DNA of 64,000 nt from Carcharhinus amblyrhynchos (GCA_965287045.1 OZ336883.1:40176001-40240000), one strand, 5' to 3'. Counted from the first letter of the stretch, positions 1-13,723 are shown. A program made the numbers and translations. Notes: generated by a model from the letters alone, not told the origin.

Positions 1-2360
1 AGGGAAGCTGATGGAGATATTGGGGTCAATGGGGTTTGGTGGGGTTGGAGATGGGGGGAAGCTGATGGAGATATTGGGGTCAATGGGGTTTGGTAGGGTT
101 GGAGATGGAGGGAAGCTGATGGAGATATTGGGGTCAATGGGGTTTTGGTGGGGTTGGAGATGGGGGGAAGCTGATGGAGATATTGGGGTCAATGGGGTTT
201 GGTGGGGTTGGAGATGGGGGGAAGCTGATGGAGATATTGGGGACAATGGGGTTTGGCGAGGTTGGAGATGGGGGGAAGCTGATGGAGATATTGGGGACAA
301 TGGGGTTTTGGTGGGATTGGAGATGGGGGGAAGCTGATGGAGATATTGGGGTTTGGTGGAGTTGGAGATGGGGGGAAGCTGATGGAGATATTGGGGACAA
401 TGGGGTTTGGTGGGGTTGGAGATGGGGGGAAGCTTATGGACATATTGGTGACAATGGGGTTTGGTGAGATTAGAGACGGGGTGGATGATAGAGATATTGG
501 GGCAATAGGGTTTGGTGAGGTTGCAGAGAGGGGAGGATGATAGAGATATTGGGGCAATAGGGTTTGGTGAGGTTGCAGAGAGGGGAGGATGATAGAGATA
601 TTGGGGCCCAATGGGGTTTGGTGGGGTTGGAGACAGAGAGGATGATAGAGATATTGGGGGCAATGGGGTTTGGTGGGGCTGGAGACAGGGAGGATGATAG
701 AGATATTGGGGCCAATGGGGTTTGGTGGGGTTAGAGACAGGGAGGATGATAGAGATATTGGGGGCAATGGGGTTTGGTGGGGTTGCAGGAGAGGGGATGA
801 TAAAAATATTGGGAACAATGGAGTTTGGTGGGGTTGAGAGGGGGGATGATAGAGATATTGGGGGCAATGGGGTTTGGTGGGGTTGGAGACAGAGAGGATG
901 ATAGAGGTATTGGGGGCAATGGGGTTTGGTGGGGTTGGAGACAGAGAGGATGATAGAGATATTGGGGCCAATGGGGTTTGGTGGGGTTGGAGACAGAGAG
1001 GATGATAGAGATATTAGGGGCAATGGGGTTTGGTGGGGTTGGAGACAGAGAGGATGATAGAGATATTGGGGGCAATGGGGTTTGGTGGGGTTGGAGACAG
1101 AGAGGATGATAGAGATATTGGGGACAATGGGGTTTTGGTGTGATTGGAGTTGGAGGGAAGCTGATGGAGATATTGGGGATCAATGGGGTTTTGGTGGGAT
1201 TGGAGTTGGAGGGAAGCTAATGGAGATATGGGGGACAATGGGGTTTTGGTGGGATTGGAGATGGAGGGAAGCTGATGGAGATATTGGGGTCAATGAGGTT
1301 TGGTGGGGTTGGAGATGGGGAGGATGATAGAAATATTGGGGCAATAGGGTTTGGTGGGGTTGGAGATGGGGGGAAGCTGATGGAGATATTGGTGACAATG
1401 GGGTTTGGTGAGATTACAGACGGGTAGATGATAGAGATATTGGGGCAATAGGGTTCAGTGAGGTTGCAGAGGGGGGAGGATGATAGAGATATTGGGGCAA
1501 TAGGGTTTGGTGGGGTTGCAGAAGGGGGAGAATGATAGAGATATTGGGGCAATAGGGTTTGGTGGGGTTGCAGAGGGGGGAGAATGATAGAGATATTGGG
1601 ACAATAGGGTTTGGTCGGGTTGCAGAGGGGGGAGGATGATAGAAATATTGGGGCAATAGGGTTTGGTGGGGTTGGAGACAAGGGAAGCTGATGGAGATAT
1701 TGGGGTCAATGGGGTTTGGTGGGGTTGGAGATGGAGGGAAGCTGATGGAGATATTGGGGTCAATGGGGTTTGGTGGGGTTGGAGATGGAGGGAAGCTGAT
1801 GGAGATATTGGGGTCAATGGGGTTTGGTAGGGTTGGAGATGGAGGGAAGCTGATGGAGATATTGGGGTCAATGGGGTTTTGGTGGGGTTGGAGATGGGGG
1901 GAAGCTGATGGAGATATTGGGGTCAATGGGGTTTGGTGGGGTTGGAGATGGGGGGAAGCTGATGGAGATATTGGGGACAATGGGGTTTGGCGAGGTTGGA
2001 GATGGGGGGAAGCTGATGGAGATATTGGGGACAATGGGGTTTTGGTGGGATTGGAGATGGGGGGAAGCTGATGGAGATATTGGGGTTTGGTGGAGTTGGA
2101 GATGGGGGGAAGCTGATGGAGATATTGGGGACAATGGGGTTTGGTGGGGTTGGAGATGGGGGGAAGCTTATGGACATATTGGTGACAATGGGGTTTGGTG
2201 AGATTAGAGACGGGGTGGATGATAGAGATATTGGGGCAATAGGGTTTGGTGAGGTTGCAGAGAGGGGAGGATGATAGAGATATTGGGGCAATAGGGTTTG
2301 GTGAGGTTGCAGAGAGGGGAGGATGATAGAGATATTGGGGACAATGGGTTTTGGTGGGAT
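1..2360. repeat. G-rich tandem satellite/minisatellite, ~52-55 bp monomers of two types, with a 1734-bp higher-order duplication
   Basis: Type A gggaagctgatggagatattggggtcaatggggtttggtggggttggagatgg; type B ggatgatagagatattggggcaatagggtttggtg...; identical ORF translations at 134/1868, 174/1908 and 337/2071 (offset 1734). Confidence 0.95.
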
Positions 2361-2489
2361 TGGTTGGGAGAGTGGGCAATGAAGGCAGGGAGAAGATCAA
2401 GGGTGGAGAAGGGAAGCTGGAGCCCAACATGGAAGACAAGAGATTAAAGGCAGTCCTGGGGCTTTGGGGGTCATGCTAGACTCTGTACT

Positions 2490-5400
2490 ATTTGGAAAAA
2501 TACCCCTTTATTCCTACTTTTTGTTTTCTGTCTGCCAACCAGTTTTTTTATCCATCTGAATGCATTACCCCCTTTCCTATGCCCTTTAGTTTTGCATGCT
2601 AATCACTTACATAGGGCTTTGTCGAAATCCTTCTCAAAGTCCAAATAAACCACATCTGCTGGCTCCCCCTCATCAAATCTACTAGTTACATCCTGAAAGA
2701 ATTCTAGTAGAATTGTTAAGCATGATTTCCCTTTCATAAATCCATGCTGACTCTGTCCAATCCTGCCACTGTTTTCCAAGTATTTTGCTATAAAATCTTT
2801 GACAATGGATTCTAGAATTTTCCCCACTACTGACGTCAGGCTTAATGGTCTATAATTCACTGTTTTTTTCTCTACCTCCCTTTTTAAATAGTGGGGCTAC
2901 ATTAGCTACATTCTAATCTGCAGGAACTGTTCCAGAATTTATAGAACATTGGAAGACAACCACCAAAACATCCACCATTTCTGGGGCAACTTCCTCAAGT
3001 GCTCTGGGATGTAGATTATCAGGCCATGGGGATTTATCGGTCTTCGATCCTGTCAGTTTCTCCGACACCATTGCTCTAATAACACTGACCTTCTTCAGTT
3101 CCTCCCTCTCACTAAAGCATGTGTTCCTCAGTATTTCTGGCATTTTATTTGTGTCCTCCTTTGTAAAGTCTAAACCAAAGTATGTAACTGGTTAATCAGC
3201 CATTTTTTTATTCCCTATTATAAATTCCACTGCCCCTGACTGTAAGGGACCTACATTTGTCTTCATCAATCTTTTTCTCCTCAAATACCTTTTGAAACTT
3301 TTACAGTCAGCAAGCTTACTCTCATACTCTGCTTTCCCTTCTTAATCAGTCCCTTGGTCCTCCTTTGCTGAATTCTAAACTGCTCCCAATTCTCAAGTCT
3401 GTTGCTTTTCTTGGCCAATTTGTATGCTTCTTCCTCAGATCTAATACTATTCCTAATTTCTTTTGTAAGCCATGGTTTAGCCACCTTTCTGGTTTTACTG
3501 TTGTGCCGGACAGGAATAAACAAATGCTGCAGTTCACCCATGCCTCCTTGAATATTTGCCATTGCTAATCCACCATCAGTCCTTTATGTAATGTTTCCCA
3601 ATCTATCATAGTCAACTTACGCCTCATATCATCATACTATGCTTTATTTAGATTCAGGACTCTGGTCTCAGAATCCACTACATTACTCTCTATCTTGATG
3701 AAAAATTCTACCATCCCCAAAGGGTCTCGCACAACTAGGTTGCCAATTATTCCCCTCCCAATACACCCAGTCTAGAATTGCCTTCTCTCTAGTTGATTCC
3801 TCAACGTATTGGTCCAGAAAGCCATCCTGGATACACTCCAGGAATTTCTCCTCTACAGCAACGAGATTAAATTGTTTTGCCCAATGTATATGCAAATTAA
3901 AATCACCCATAACTACAGATGTTTCTTCATTGCATGCATTTCTAGTTTTCTGTTTAGTGTAATTCCTAACAGCACCACTACAATGTGGGGGTCTATATAC
4001 AATCCCAAATAACGTTTTTTGTCCTTTGGTCTTTCTTAGCTCTACCCATATAGAGTCCACATTATCAAAGTTAATATCCTTCCTCAGTGTGGTTCTAATT
4101 TCCTCTTTAACCAGCAATACAACTCCACTACCTTTTCCTTTTTGTCTGTCTTCCTAACTACTGACACTCCTGGGTGTTCAGTCCCTATCTCTGGTCACCC
4201 TGCAGCCATGTCTCTGTAATCGCGACTATATCATCCCAATTTATCTGCGTGATTAATTCATCCGTATTATTGCGAATGCTCCGCACGTTAAGGCATAAAG
4301 CCTTTAGATTCATCTTTTTTACCTTACTGGTCCCACGCCCACTATTTTCCACCACGGTCCTGTTTAAATCTAGCCCTTAGTTTCTTTGTCTATCACTTTT
4401 CTTATTCCCCTTTCAATCTTTAGTTTTGACTTTGATTCTTTCTCCTCTGACTCCTTGCATAGGTTCCCAATCCCCTGCCATTTTAGTTTAAACAATCTCC
4501 AACCACTCCAGCAAATACTCCCCCTTGGACATCAGTCCTGGTCCTGCCCAGATGTAACCCATCCAGTTTATATAGGTCCCACCTCCCCCAGAACCATTCG
4601 CAATGCCCTAAGAATCTGAAGCCCGGCCCCTCACACCACCTCTTCAGCCACATATTCATATGATATATCTTGTTGTTTCTACTCTGACTAACACGTGGCA
4701 TTGATAGTAATCCTGAGATCACTATCTTTGATGTCCAGCTTCTCAACTTTCTTTCTAACACCTTAAATTCTGCTTTTAGGACCTCATCCCTTTTTTACCT
4801 ATGTCATTGGTACCATTGTGTGCCATGACCACTGGCTGTTCACCCTTCCTCTCCAGAAGGTCCTGCAGGTCCTTGACCCTACCGCGAGGGAAGCAACATA
4901 CCATCCTGGGGCCTCATTTGTGGCCACAGAAACCTCTACCTATTCCCCTTACAATTTAACCTCCTCTGACTTGCAGTCCCACATTTTCACTCCTCCCCAC
5001 TGCAGCAGAAGCAACCATGGTGCAATGAATTTGGCTGTTGCTGTTTTCCCTCAGAGGTCAGTCCCTCAATGGTATCCAAAATAGTATATCTGTTTTTTCA
5101 GGGGAATGGCCACAGGAGATTCCTGCACTGCCTGCTTTGACCTCTTGCACTGTCTGGTAGTCACCCATTCCCTTTCTGCCTGGGAAATCTTAGCCTGTGG
5201 TGTGACCATTTCTTTATACATGTTATCCGTGATACTCTCCAGCTTGCAGATGCTCCACAGTGTCCCCAGCCACCACTCCAATTCCAAAACCCAGGCTTCC
5301 AGGAGCTGAAGCTGGAGAAGACTCCTGCACAAATGCTAGTCCCGCACTGGGAATTTTCCTGACCTCCCACATGGAGCATGTGGAGCATTCCCTGGCTTCG

Positions 5401-5800
5401 AGCTCTCCTGCCATGACTTACTCTTTAAATTAAACCTTTTGAAGATGCTTGATATCAGATTATGTCCAATACTCCAGGGCACTTCCTCGTACTGAATATA
5501 ACCCTTACAAACTATAAACGACAAAAAAATCCTCTGAAACCATAAGGGAAAAAGTGTTAAATATTTACCTGACCTTACCCAATCAACTCTCTCCCTTCTG
5601 TCTTCCACTACGGCAGCAGGGCAAGACCACTCTTTGAAGTTTTAAAAGTTAGAAAGCGAGGAGAAAAAGCAACAAGCAGCTCTTTTCCCTCTGCACCAAA
5701 TTCCCACTCAGCTCCAAATCCCTGATACCCACATTCTCTCTGGCTGTGCCTCACTCCAAATGGATGTCCTCTTCCACTGTTCATGCGCAAAGCTCACTCT
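2490..5800 (-). mobile_element. Degraded CR1 LINE: 5'UTR, ORF1 (zinc-finger/SGNH esterase type) and APE + N-terminal RT of ORF2; 3' end missing
   Basis: Fragments MAGELEARECSTCSMWEVR, FWGRWDLYKLDGLHL, GIVYRPP..VVMGDFN, KPWLTKEI, NYRPLSLTSVVGKILE..QHGFMKGKSCLT..VYLDFEKDFDK; frameshifted. Confidence 0.9.
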
Positions 5801-7564
5801 GCTTTTTAAAAGCCAGCAAACAAATACTTGAAAAAAGTCTGAAAATATTCAAGGAAAGAGGAGGGTGGATAATCTTTGAGAGGACGGGTGCTGACTCAGT
5901 GGGTTGAGTGGCCCTCTCCTGAGATCCACTCTTACCTCTGAGCCCACTGAGTTTAATTCTAACTCAAGTGAGCTGTCCGGAGGTTACTGAAGCTGCATAC
6001 ATTACTTTCCCAGAGCTGTCAGTCAATGATAATGATAAGTGAGCCATCTTGTCAGTTGTGAATTGATTGGGATTAGATAGATCTGGCTAAATTTGGACCT
6101 AAATGAGCCATTAATCTTCTCCCGGCCAAAAGGAAATTAAATAATGTCTAAATAAATATACACTGGAAGCAGTTTCAAATGCAAGGTAATCAGACTAATG
6201 GGAACTGCAATTCAAAATTTGCAAGGCACTTATACTTTTTGAGTCAAGCATAGGTTAGCATGAGATGGACACGGAGTTCAAAGCGTTTATCAGTTAGCAC
6301 ATTCTAATTACACTTGAGTCAAAACTGAGTTGTGTGTTCTGCAATAAAGTTAGCATCAATATTGCTCATTCATCTTCTTCCTCTGTACTTTTCAAAACTG
6401 CATTATCCAATATTTTATTTAGGATCTTACTGTTATTAAATATGCTCTTTTCTACGTCATGGCGTTTGGAGGATGTCAAAATAGTAGGTTGTGAAAGATC
6501 TTTAGTATGATCATTATCATCGCATTAATATTACAGTTAATATGTGTATGCTTATTACGAGTAATGTGATTAATTTAATATCTGGCAGCACACAAAAGAA
6601 CATTAGATTGGACACAGCGGGAAGATTAACATCCAAAAGATATGCTCATGACTATTAGCACTAAAAACTATAGCTCACTCTGCTTCTGTTTACATTCTTA
6701 GACGAGCAAAATACATCAGAAACAGAATGTTACACAGGTACATCAAATGCAGCTCAAAGCATGGCGAAAGTGTTATTTTCTCTATTTGTAATGCTTGATT
6801 TGCCTTTAGAGATCACAGGGATTTTTTTTGCTTTGATAAACAACTGGAGGCAGCCCAGCATATATGTATATAGTTGATGAAGATGCGGTCTCAATAGATT
6901 GTCCATATGGACCAGATTGTAAAGGGAGGCAAACGTCTCTTTCAGTGCTCTGTATAGCATGCTCAAATTTAAAAAGACATATTTCTGAATATAATGCTGC
7001 ATCTGTAGCACGTATGGAGGAACAGTTAGTGCCAACAGTAGATGTGCATGGTTGGAGCAGCTTATGCTGCCTTTATCCTGTCTTCACAGGACCAAGGCTG
7101 GAGTGCTGCTTTCTGTCTGATAGGCTGATGCAGAAACATAGGAGCATGTTTGGCAATGCTCCCAGATCATGATTAAGTGTTTTCTGCTAGCTTACTGTCT
7201 ATCCTGATATGTCCTTGATCATTTTGCTTTATATATCCATTAGCAAAAATGCACCAAGTAAAATAGTAAAACTGAAAGATTGCTTGTATATTTTGCATGA
7301 TAATTCATGTTTCACTGTGTTTATTTAAAAGACGTATCTTACTTGGGATGGTACCTTACTTAGGAAACACAGGCAGCCATTTTGAATTTAGACAAGACAA
7401 TGCTGTAGAGTGTTGTGTAGTGTCTGATAGGTCTCAATGAAGTATTTGTATTCTTAAGTAAGTTAACCATATGTATTTATTAACTACAAGAACATATATA
7501 TTAGAGTAAAGGGCTCAAGTTAGGAACTGTCTCCATGCTTGCTTGTTCACACAGCTCTGTCCAA

Positions 7565-7765
7565 CACTGTCCAAGGATGTGCGGGTTAGGTTGATTGGTC
7601 ATGCTAAAATTGCCTCTTAGTGTCCTGAGATATGTAGGTTAGAAGGATGAGTAGGTAAAATATATAGGGATAAGGGGGTAGGGCCTAGGTGGGATTGTGG
7701 TCGGTACAGACTCGATGGGCCAAATGGCCTCTTTCTGACTGTAGGGTTTCTGTGATTTCTATGAT
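7565..7765 (+). mobile_element. HE1/V-SINE-like tRNA SINE, 3' part
   Basis: gtccaaggatgtgcgggttagg...ctcgatgggccaaatggcct...ctgtagggtttctgtgatttctatga tail. Confidence 0.8.
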
Positions 7766-7776
7766 TTTTAACACTA

Positions 7777-8080
7777 GAATCATAGAATCACTATAGTGCA
7801 GAAGGAGGCCATTCAGCCCATCGAGTCTGCATCGACTACAATCCACCCAAGCCCTATCCTCCTAACCCCATGTATTTACCCCGCTGATCCCCCTGAGACC
7901 AAGGGACAATTTACCATGATCAATCAACCTAACCAGCATATCTTTGGACTTTGGGAGGAAACCAGAACACCCAGAGGAGATCCATGCAGACACAGGGAGA
8001 ACATGCAAACTCCACACAGACAGTCACCCAAGGCCAGAATTGAACTCAGGTCCCTGACAATGTGTTAACCACTGTGCCAC
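7777..8080 (-). mobile_element. HE1/V-SINE-like tRNA SINE
   Basis: Reverse complement gives gtggcacagtggttaac head, V-domain (gggtttcctc..gttcctccc) and ctatgattct tail. Confidence 0.85.
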
Positions 8081-8151
8081 TCTTAAGAGATCTCTCCAAT
8101 CAGTTCCCCTTCCCTTGATCCCAGTTAATAAGGTTGTTGCAATGCTTTTTC

Positions 8152-8357
8152 TTATTGTCACAAGTAGTCTTACATTAACACCACAATGAAGCTACTATGA
8201 AAATCCCCTACTCGACACACTTCGGTGCCTGTTCGGGTACAACAGGGAGGGAGAATTTAGCATGGCCAATGCATCTAACCAGCATGTCTATCAGTCTGTG
8301 GGAGGAAAGCAGAGCACCCAGAGGAAACACACACAGACACAGGGAGAATGTGCAGCT

Positions 8358-8424
<67 letters not shown>

Positions 8425-8502
8425 GATCCAAACCAGGAACTGAACTTGATTTCCTGGTGCTGTGAAGCAGCAGTGCTAACCACTATGCCACCGTGCCACC
8501 CC
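8152..8502 (-). mobile_element. V-SINE with alternative tail and internal (CA)32 expansion (8359-8422)
   Basis: Same head and V-domain; tail ...gtagcttcattgtggtgttaatgtaagactacttgtgacaataa. Confidence 0.85.
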
Positions 8503-9142
8503 AAAATTGATCCTCAGATATGGGTCACATGTTCTCTTACATCAGTGTGTGGGCAATACTGTACTCAGTCCCACATTAACCATATGTGTGCCAGATCATT
8601 TTATTACTTCTCCCTAAGTCTTTATCCAATGTATTTCAAGCTGTTCTACCCCATGTATTTCCAGATCTTTATAGTAGAGAACAAGAGGCCTCAATGATTT
8701 TGATTCGGCAACCCCGCCCCTGTGAACTCCAATATCATTTTCTTTGGTATACTCAAAATCCCTGTGTACATGGGTTACATCTCTTCAAAGCAACATCAAC
8801 GATGACTTATTAATTGGTGAATACACACATCAAGCCATTTTCCAGGTGCAAAAGCTTTTAAAAGACATCTTCATCACTAAGTGACAACCATTGATTCTAA
8901 CGTGGAATCCCTTGCCATATTAAACCTATTTGTTTATAAAGTGCAGAATGACTGTTGATTTCTATAGACTCTACCAGGAAAGTAGCAATAATTTATCCTC
9001 ATATACACCTCTATAATAACTAAAGATACAGCCATTGTAAAAAAATATTTACAGTGCATGGAATTCGGAGGTTACAACTTAGAAAGCAGATCTCCCTTCT
9101 CTGCTGATGAAATCTGAATTACAGAAGAACGCCTGGAATTTT

Positions 9143-9450
9143 ACAGAATCCCTACAGTGCAGGAGGCCATTTGGAGCCTGCACTGACAATGATCCCACCC
9201 AGGCCCTCTCCTTGTTACCCCATATATTTACCTAGATAATCCCTCTAACACTAAGGGGCAATTTAGGATGGCCAATCCACCTAACATGCACATCTTTGGG
9301 CTATGGGAGGAAACAGGAGCACCCAGAGGAAACCCACGCAGACGCGGGGACAACATGCAACCTCCACACAGACAGCGACCAAACCAGGGATCGAACCCAG
9401 ATCCCTGGTGCTGTGAGGCAGCAGTGCTAACCACTGTGCCACCATGCCAT
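9143..9450 (-). mobile_element. HE1/V-SINE-like SINE
   Basis: Head atggtggcacagtggttagcactgctgcctcacagc, B-box ggttcgatcc, V-domain. Confidence 0.85.
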
Positions 9451-10764
9451 CCAATTCCTCACCATTACACCTTTCCATAGTGGCCAGACGCAAACTCAAA
9501 TCCTTAAGCCATCAAGAGGCACATTTATTAGAACTATTCAATATTTCTTACAAAAAATAACATACGATTTTTAAAATACCAAGCACATACAAAGAAGGTC
9601 TCGAGAGGCGGGAAAGAAGTCAGGTAAAGAGACATGAAACAAGTGGCTCCTAATTTTGGACAACCCATTTGCTGTTAGACCAAACAAAATGATAATGAGT
9701 TGGAACTGGAGTCAGAATGAATTTGGGTGTACACTCTGTGCATTAAACTTAAAAGACCGCTTGAAATTAGTGGCATACATGAACTCACCAGCCAGGAATC
9801 AGCAAGTTAACTCTTCTAATGTAAAATTCAAGCCAAAATGTTGTCAGACTATCTTCATTATACACTTGGCAACACACACTTTGGTATGCTAATAAGCTAC
9901 AAGGCCTGCAGTCTAGATATTTAATCAGAACGTGAAATGTGTCAAGAGCTCAGAGTCACGTATTTCAAAATTTATCACTCAAGCCTCTCAGATACAAAAT
10001 TGTTTATGAAAATACTGTTTTTTAAAAAGCTGCCCTTTAAGGAATAAATCTACAGAGCGTTTATGTGACTATCATAGCTAGCCCACAGGCAAATCCAAGT
10101 AAAGTCACTGCATTCCTGTAGGTACTTAAAGATAACCAGTGTTCTCTTGCACTAAGCTTTCATCCCGGAGACCACGTACACCCTTGGAGGGTTAACATAA
10201 AGTCACAGTCCAGCAATATATTTAGTGCTAACGTGACCTGAGCAAATTTTTAATGTGTGGGTCAGCTTTAACTGGCATTCCTGTGTTGAAGGTAATGATA
10301 AATAACTATGCTAAACTGTCTTAATCTTTGTAAAGGCACACCAACTATTAACTAATTTTACGCACCTCAATTATCGAAAACCATTGTTTAAAAACTATTC
10401 AGGTTGTTCACTGTTCAAATGATCAACTCCTGTGGTGTGCATTGGGAATGGAAATTTACAAGCTACCTACAGGAACTGGAAATGTTAGGAACCTTCCATG
10501 ACCATTATATGTCTTCCAGTAAGCACTACAGTTGTGATGTGTGAATTTGCATAGAATAGGTCTGATTTGTAGTCAGCGTGATTAGTAGAAGTTAATAATG
10601 TTTAAAATATAGATTGCATATATAAATCAGAATTGAAACTTCACTATTCTGACTGTGTAAATATAATCGGGATTATAAAGAAACATTCACTACATGGAAA
10701 TTTAATTTTGTTGAGAATCATCTTATGTTTTCGGTGCAAGAGGTGATATAAGAAAAAATGTTTA

Positions 10765-10925
10765 CTGCATTTATATCATGCCTTTCTCGACCTCAAGACC
10801 TCCAGAAGCTCTTTACAATGGCATACTTTGGAAGTGTTGTAATGTAAGAAATGCAACAGCCAGTTTCAACTCAGAAAATCCCATAAACAGCAATAAGAAC
10901 AATGTTGGTTGAGAGATAAATGTGT
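10765..10925 (-). mobile_element. Deu-domain SINE 3' fragment
   Basis: Reverse complement resembles the 3' half of the element at 61480-61790. Confidence 0.5.
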
Positions 10926-11264
10926 GGGATAAATATACTTGAAAGCTATTGTCCAGTGACTCTTTGATATGGATCTGCTTCAGCCATTTGCCTTCAATTG
11001 ATTAATTTTTCCATTAATCTTGTTAGCATATTTTCATTGCAATTATGACTTCCTTTGCTCTAGACTGCTAATCCTGTAGCTTATTCAAATACAGACATAT
11101 CATAGAATCTGTACACTTCATCATTTTTTTTACTTACTTACTAGTATTGCTCCTAAAATCTTTTACTAACCTCTAAAATAATTTGATCATGAATGAAAAA
11201 GTTCAATTATCCCAATATTCTTATAGCGTGCAGCTCCCTTGAGTTGTTATGATTCAAATACCAA

Positions 11265-11550
11265 CCATGGTGGCACAGTGGTTAGCATTGCTGCCTCACA
11301 GTGCCAGAGACCTGGGTTCGATTCCTGACTTGGGTCAATGTCTATGCAGTGTCTGCATGTTCTCCCCATGTCTGCATGAGCTTTCTCTGGGTGCTGTGGT
11401 TCCGTCCAGTCCAAAAGATGTGCTGATTTGGTGCACTGGCCATGCTAAATTCCCCCTCAATGTACCCGGACAGGTGCCAGAGGATTTTCACAGTAACTTC
11501 ATTGCAGTGTTAATGTAAGGCTATGTGTGACACTAATACATAAAAACCTT
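11265..11550 (+). mobile_element. V-SINE, alternative-tail type
   Basis: catggtggcacagtggttagc...ggttcgattcc...cagtaacttcattgcagtgttaatgtaagg...aataca. Confidence 0.85.
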
Positions 11551-11741
11551 AAAAACTAACTGTTCTTGAGAAACCACAAATACCAATTTAACCATTTTCT
11601 ACAAAGATGACTCTTTAGCTTGTCAGAGTGTTCAGGGGAGAAAGCTGATATACAATGGACTCTACTCGTGTAGAGTGCACCAACCTGCACCTAGTCTGCA
11701 TCCAACCTAAAATTAGTATCATGTCCCTACATATGTAAATT

Positions 11742-12548
11742 AGGGACTGAATATCAACTGAAGAAGTAATTTAACAAATTATCGTGAACGGGACAAGTAT
11801 TGGGCCAACCCCACTCAAGATTCCTGATTCTTGATTTCTGGGATGGAGTTACATAATTCATTTAAATGTGCATTTAAATCAGTTCTACATATCATTAGCA
11901 AGCCCGCGATTGAAATCTCCAGGCCCACTAACGACTCTCCCCACCCCTCCAGCCAGGAGTGTTTCACTCCAGTGAGGTTTACTTGTGCAGGGAGCTGGCG
12001 ACTCGACCCCTCTGGGCATTGTCAGCCTGGTTTCCTGGCACTGCCCACTGGGCATCAGGCTGTGACAAGGAGTGAGGCCAAATGGGACGGGGCATATTGA
12101 GGGGGTGTTTGGTGGGGGTATGGTGTCCCGCCGCCACACCATCTTTGGGCTGAGTGACACAGGGAGGGAGGCCAGCAATTGGGGCTGGGCATCAGGAAGG
12201 GAGTGAGGGGTTCAGCCTGACTGGGAGGGGAGTGGGTCAGAGCTGCAGAGATGGGGGGGGAAGCACGAGGCTGTCCTGGACAGGGATCAGCGATCAAGCT
12301 GGTCAGCAATCGAGAAACTGGCAGTACGGAACTACTGCGCTTGTGCCAATCCCAGCACTGACAGATTGGCACATGCACAGTGGCTCCCTCAGCACTATGC
12401 TGCTGGCCTCTCCAGCGGGAATCAGCCCACCGATTTTCAATGGCATTCACACTAGTGCACTCTGTAATGCACAGAGTGTGGGAGATTCATTTACTCCAGT
12501 TTTTACACAAATTCGACGCATAGATTTTTTTGGGAGGATCGTCTCCAT
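11742..12548. mobile_element. GC-rich non-autonomous DNA-transposon-like element (possibly PIF/Harbinger MITE)
   Basis: Abrupt GC-rich island with ATTTAAAT cores and GGG.../...CC ends; similar in style to 18510-19452. Family not certain. Confidence 0.45.
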
Positions 12549-12807
12549 GGTTATAGCAGTATATACCACTTACCATAAATATTAACTCATTCAATCAAAT
12601 GTAACTGGGTCTTTATTGTTAGAGAACTGGAGAATCATTTCTGGCAACAAATAAGTGATTAATAACATTTGATGAACAGAACTGGCATTTTTATGTTTTT
12701 TTAAAAGATAATCTTCTTTAAGAGAATATTTATGAAATATTTTAGCTTCTTTCTTCACCCAGTTGTTAATTTCCTTTATGTAAGCATTTTAAAAAGTGAT
12801 TTTAAAC

Positions 12808-13100
12808 TTTATTTAATAGTGTCACAAGTAGGCTTACATTAATACTGCAATGAAGCTACTGTGAAAATCCCCTAATCGCCACACTCCAGCACCTGTTTGG
12901 GTACACTGAGGGAGAAGTTAGCATGGCCAATGTGTCTAACCAGCACATCTTTCAGACTGTGGGAGGAAACCGGAGCACCCAGAGGAAACCCACATAGGCA
13001 TGGTGAGAACATGCTGACTTTGCATAGTGAACCAAGCCAGGAATCAGAACCACATTCGTGGCGTGAGGAAGCAGTGCTAACCACTGTGCCACCATGGCTG
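12808..13100 (-). mobile_element. V-SINE, alternative-tail type
   Basis: Head, V-domain and tail as at 8152-8502. Confidence 0.85.
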
Positions 13101-13284
13101 TCCTTATTTTACTGTTTCCTAGTTGGATACTGATAAAAATCTTTCAATACAATTGACTACTCGGAGTGCCTAATGAAATCACTTCAGCTCCAATCTGGGG
13201 ATTCCCCAGTAAAGAATGTTGTAGTCATTTGCTGCACCAATTCATGATGGAAAAGGCAAATCTCTTGCCAAAGATGTCATTACG

Positions 13285-13618
13285 TAGAATCATAGAACTC
13301 CTACAGTGCAGAAAGAGGGCCATTTGGCCCATCGCGTCTGCATCAACCATAATCCCATCCAGGCTCTACCCCCATATCCCTACATATTTACCCACTAATC
13401 CCTCTAACCTACACATCTCAGGACACGAAGGGCTAATTTTAGCATGGCCAATCAACCCAACCCACATTGCGGGAGGAAAACAGAGCACCCGGTGGAAACC
13501 CACACAGACACGAGGAGAATGTGCAAACTCCACACAGCCAGTGACCCAAGCTGGGAACTGAACCCAGATCCCTGGAGCCGTGAAGCAGCAGTGTTAACCA
13601 CTGTGCTACCGTGCCGCC
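13285..13618 (-). mobile_element. HE1/V-SINE-like SINE
   Basis: ggcggcacggtagcacagtggttaac head; ctatgattct tail. Confidence 0.85.
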
Positions 13619-13723
13619 ATCTCTCAGTTATACTTACTAAGAGGAAAGCGACAGCGCACTGCCCACAAACTCCAGGTCATAGTATCTACAGCATAAACTC
13701 AGGCCATTTAGCCCAACTAGTTT

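Noticed and set aside
1-2360. CRISPR-like repeat array
   Set aside because: No unique spacers, no cas genes, vertebrate context; it is a tandem satellite.
11-2439. Many long ORFs (up to 341 aa) rich in Pro/Gly
   Set aside because: Translations of the tandem satellite in several frames and both strands; no gene structure.
8197-8697. ORF with an HT repeat, and other MVAQWLALLPHS-type ORFs
   Set aside because: Recurrent SINE and microsatellite translations.
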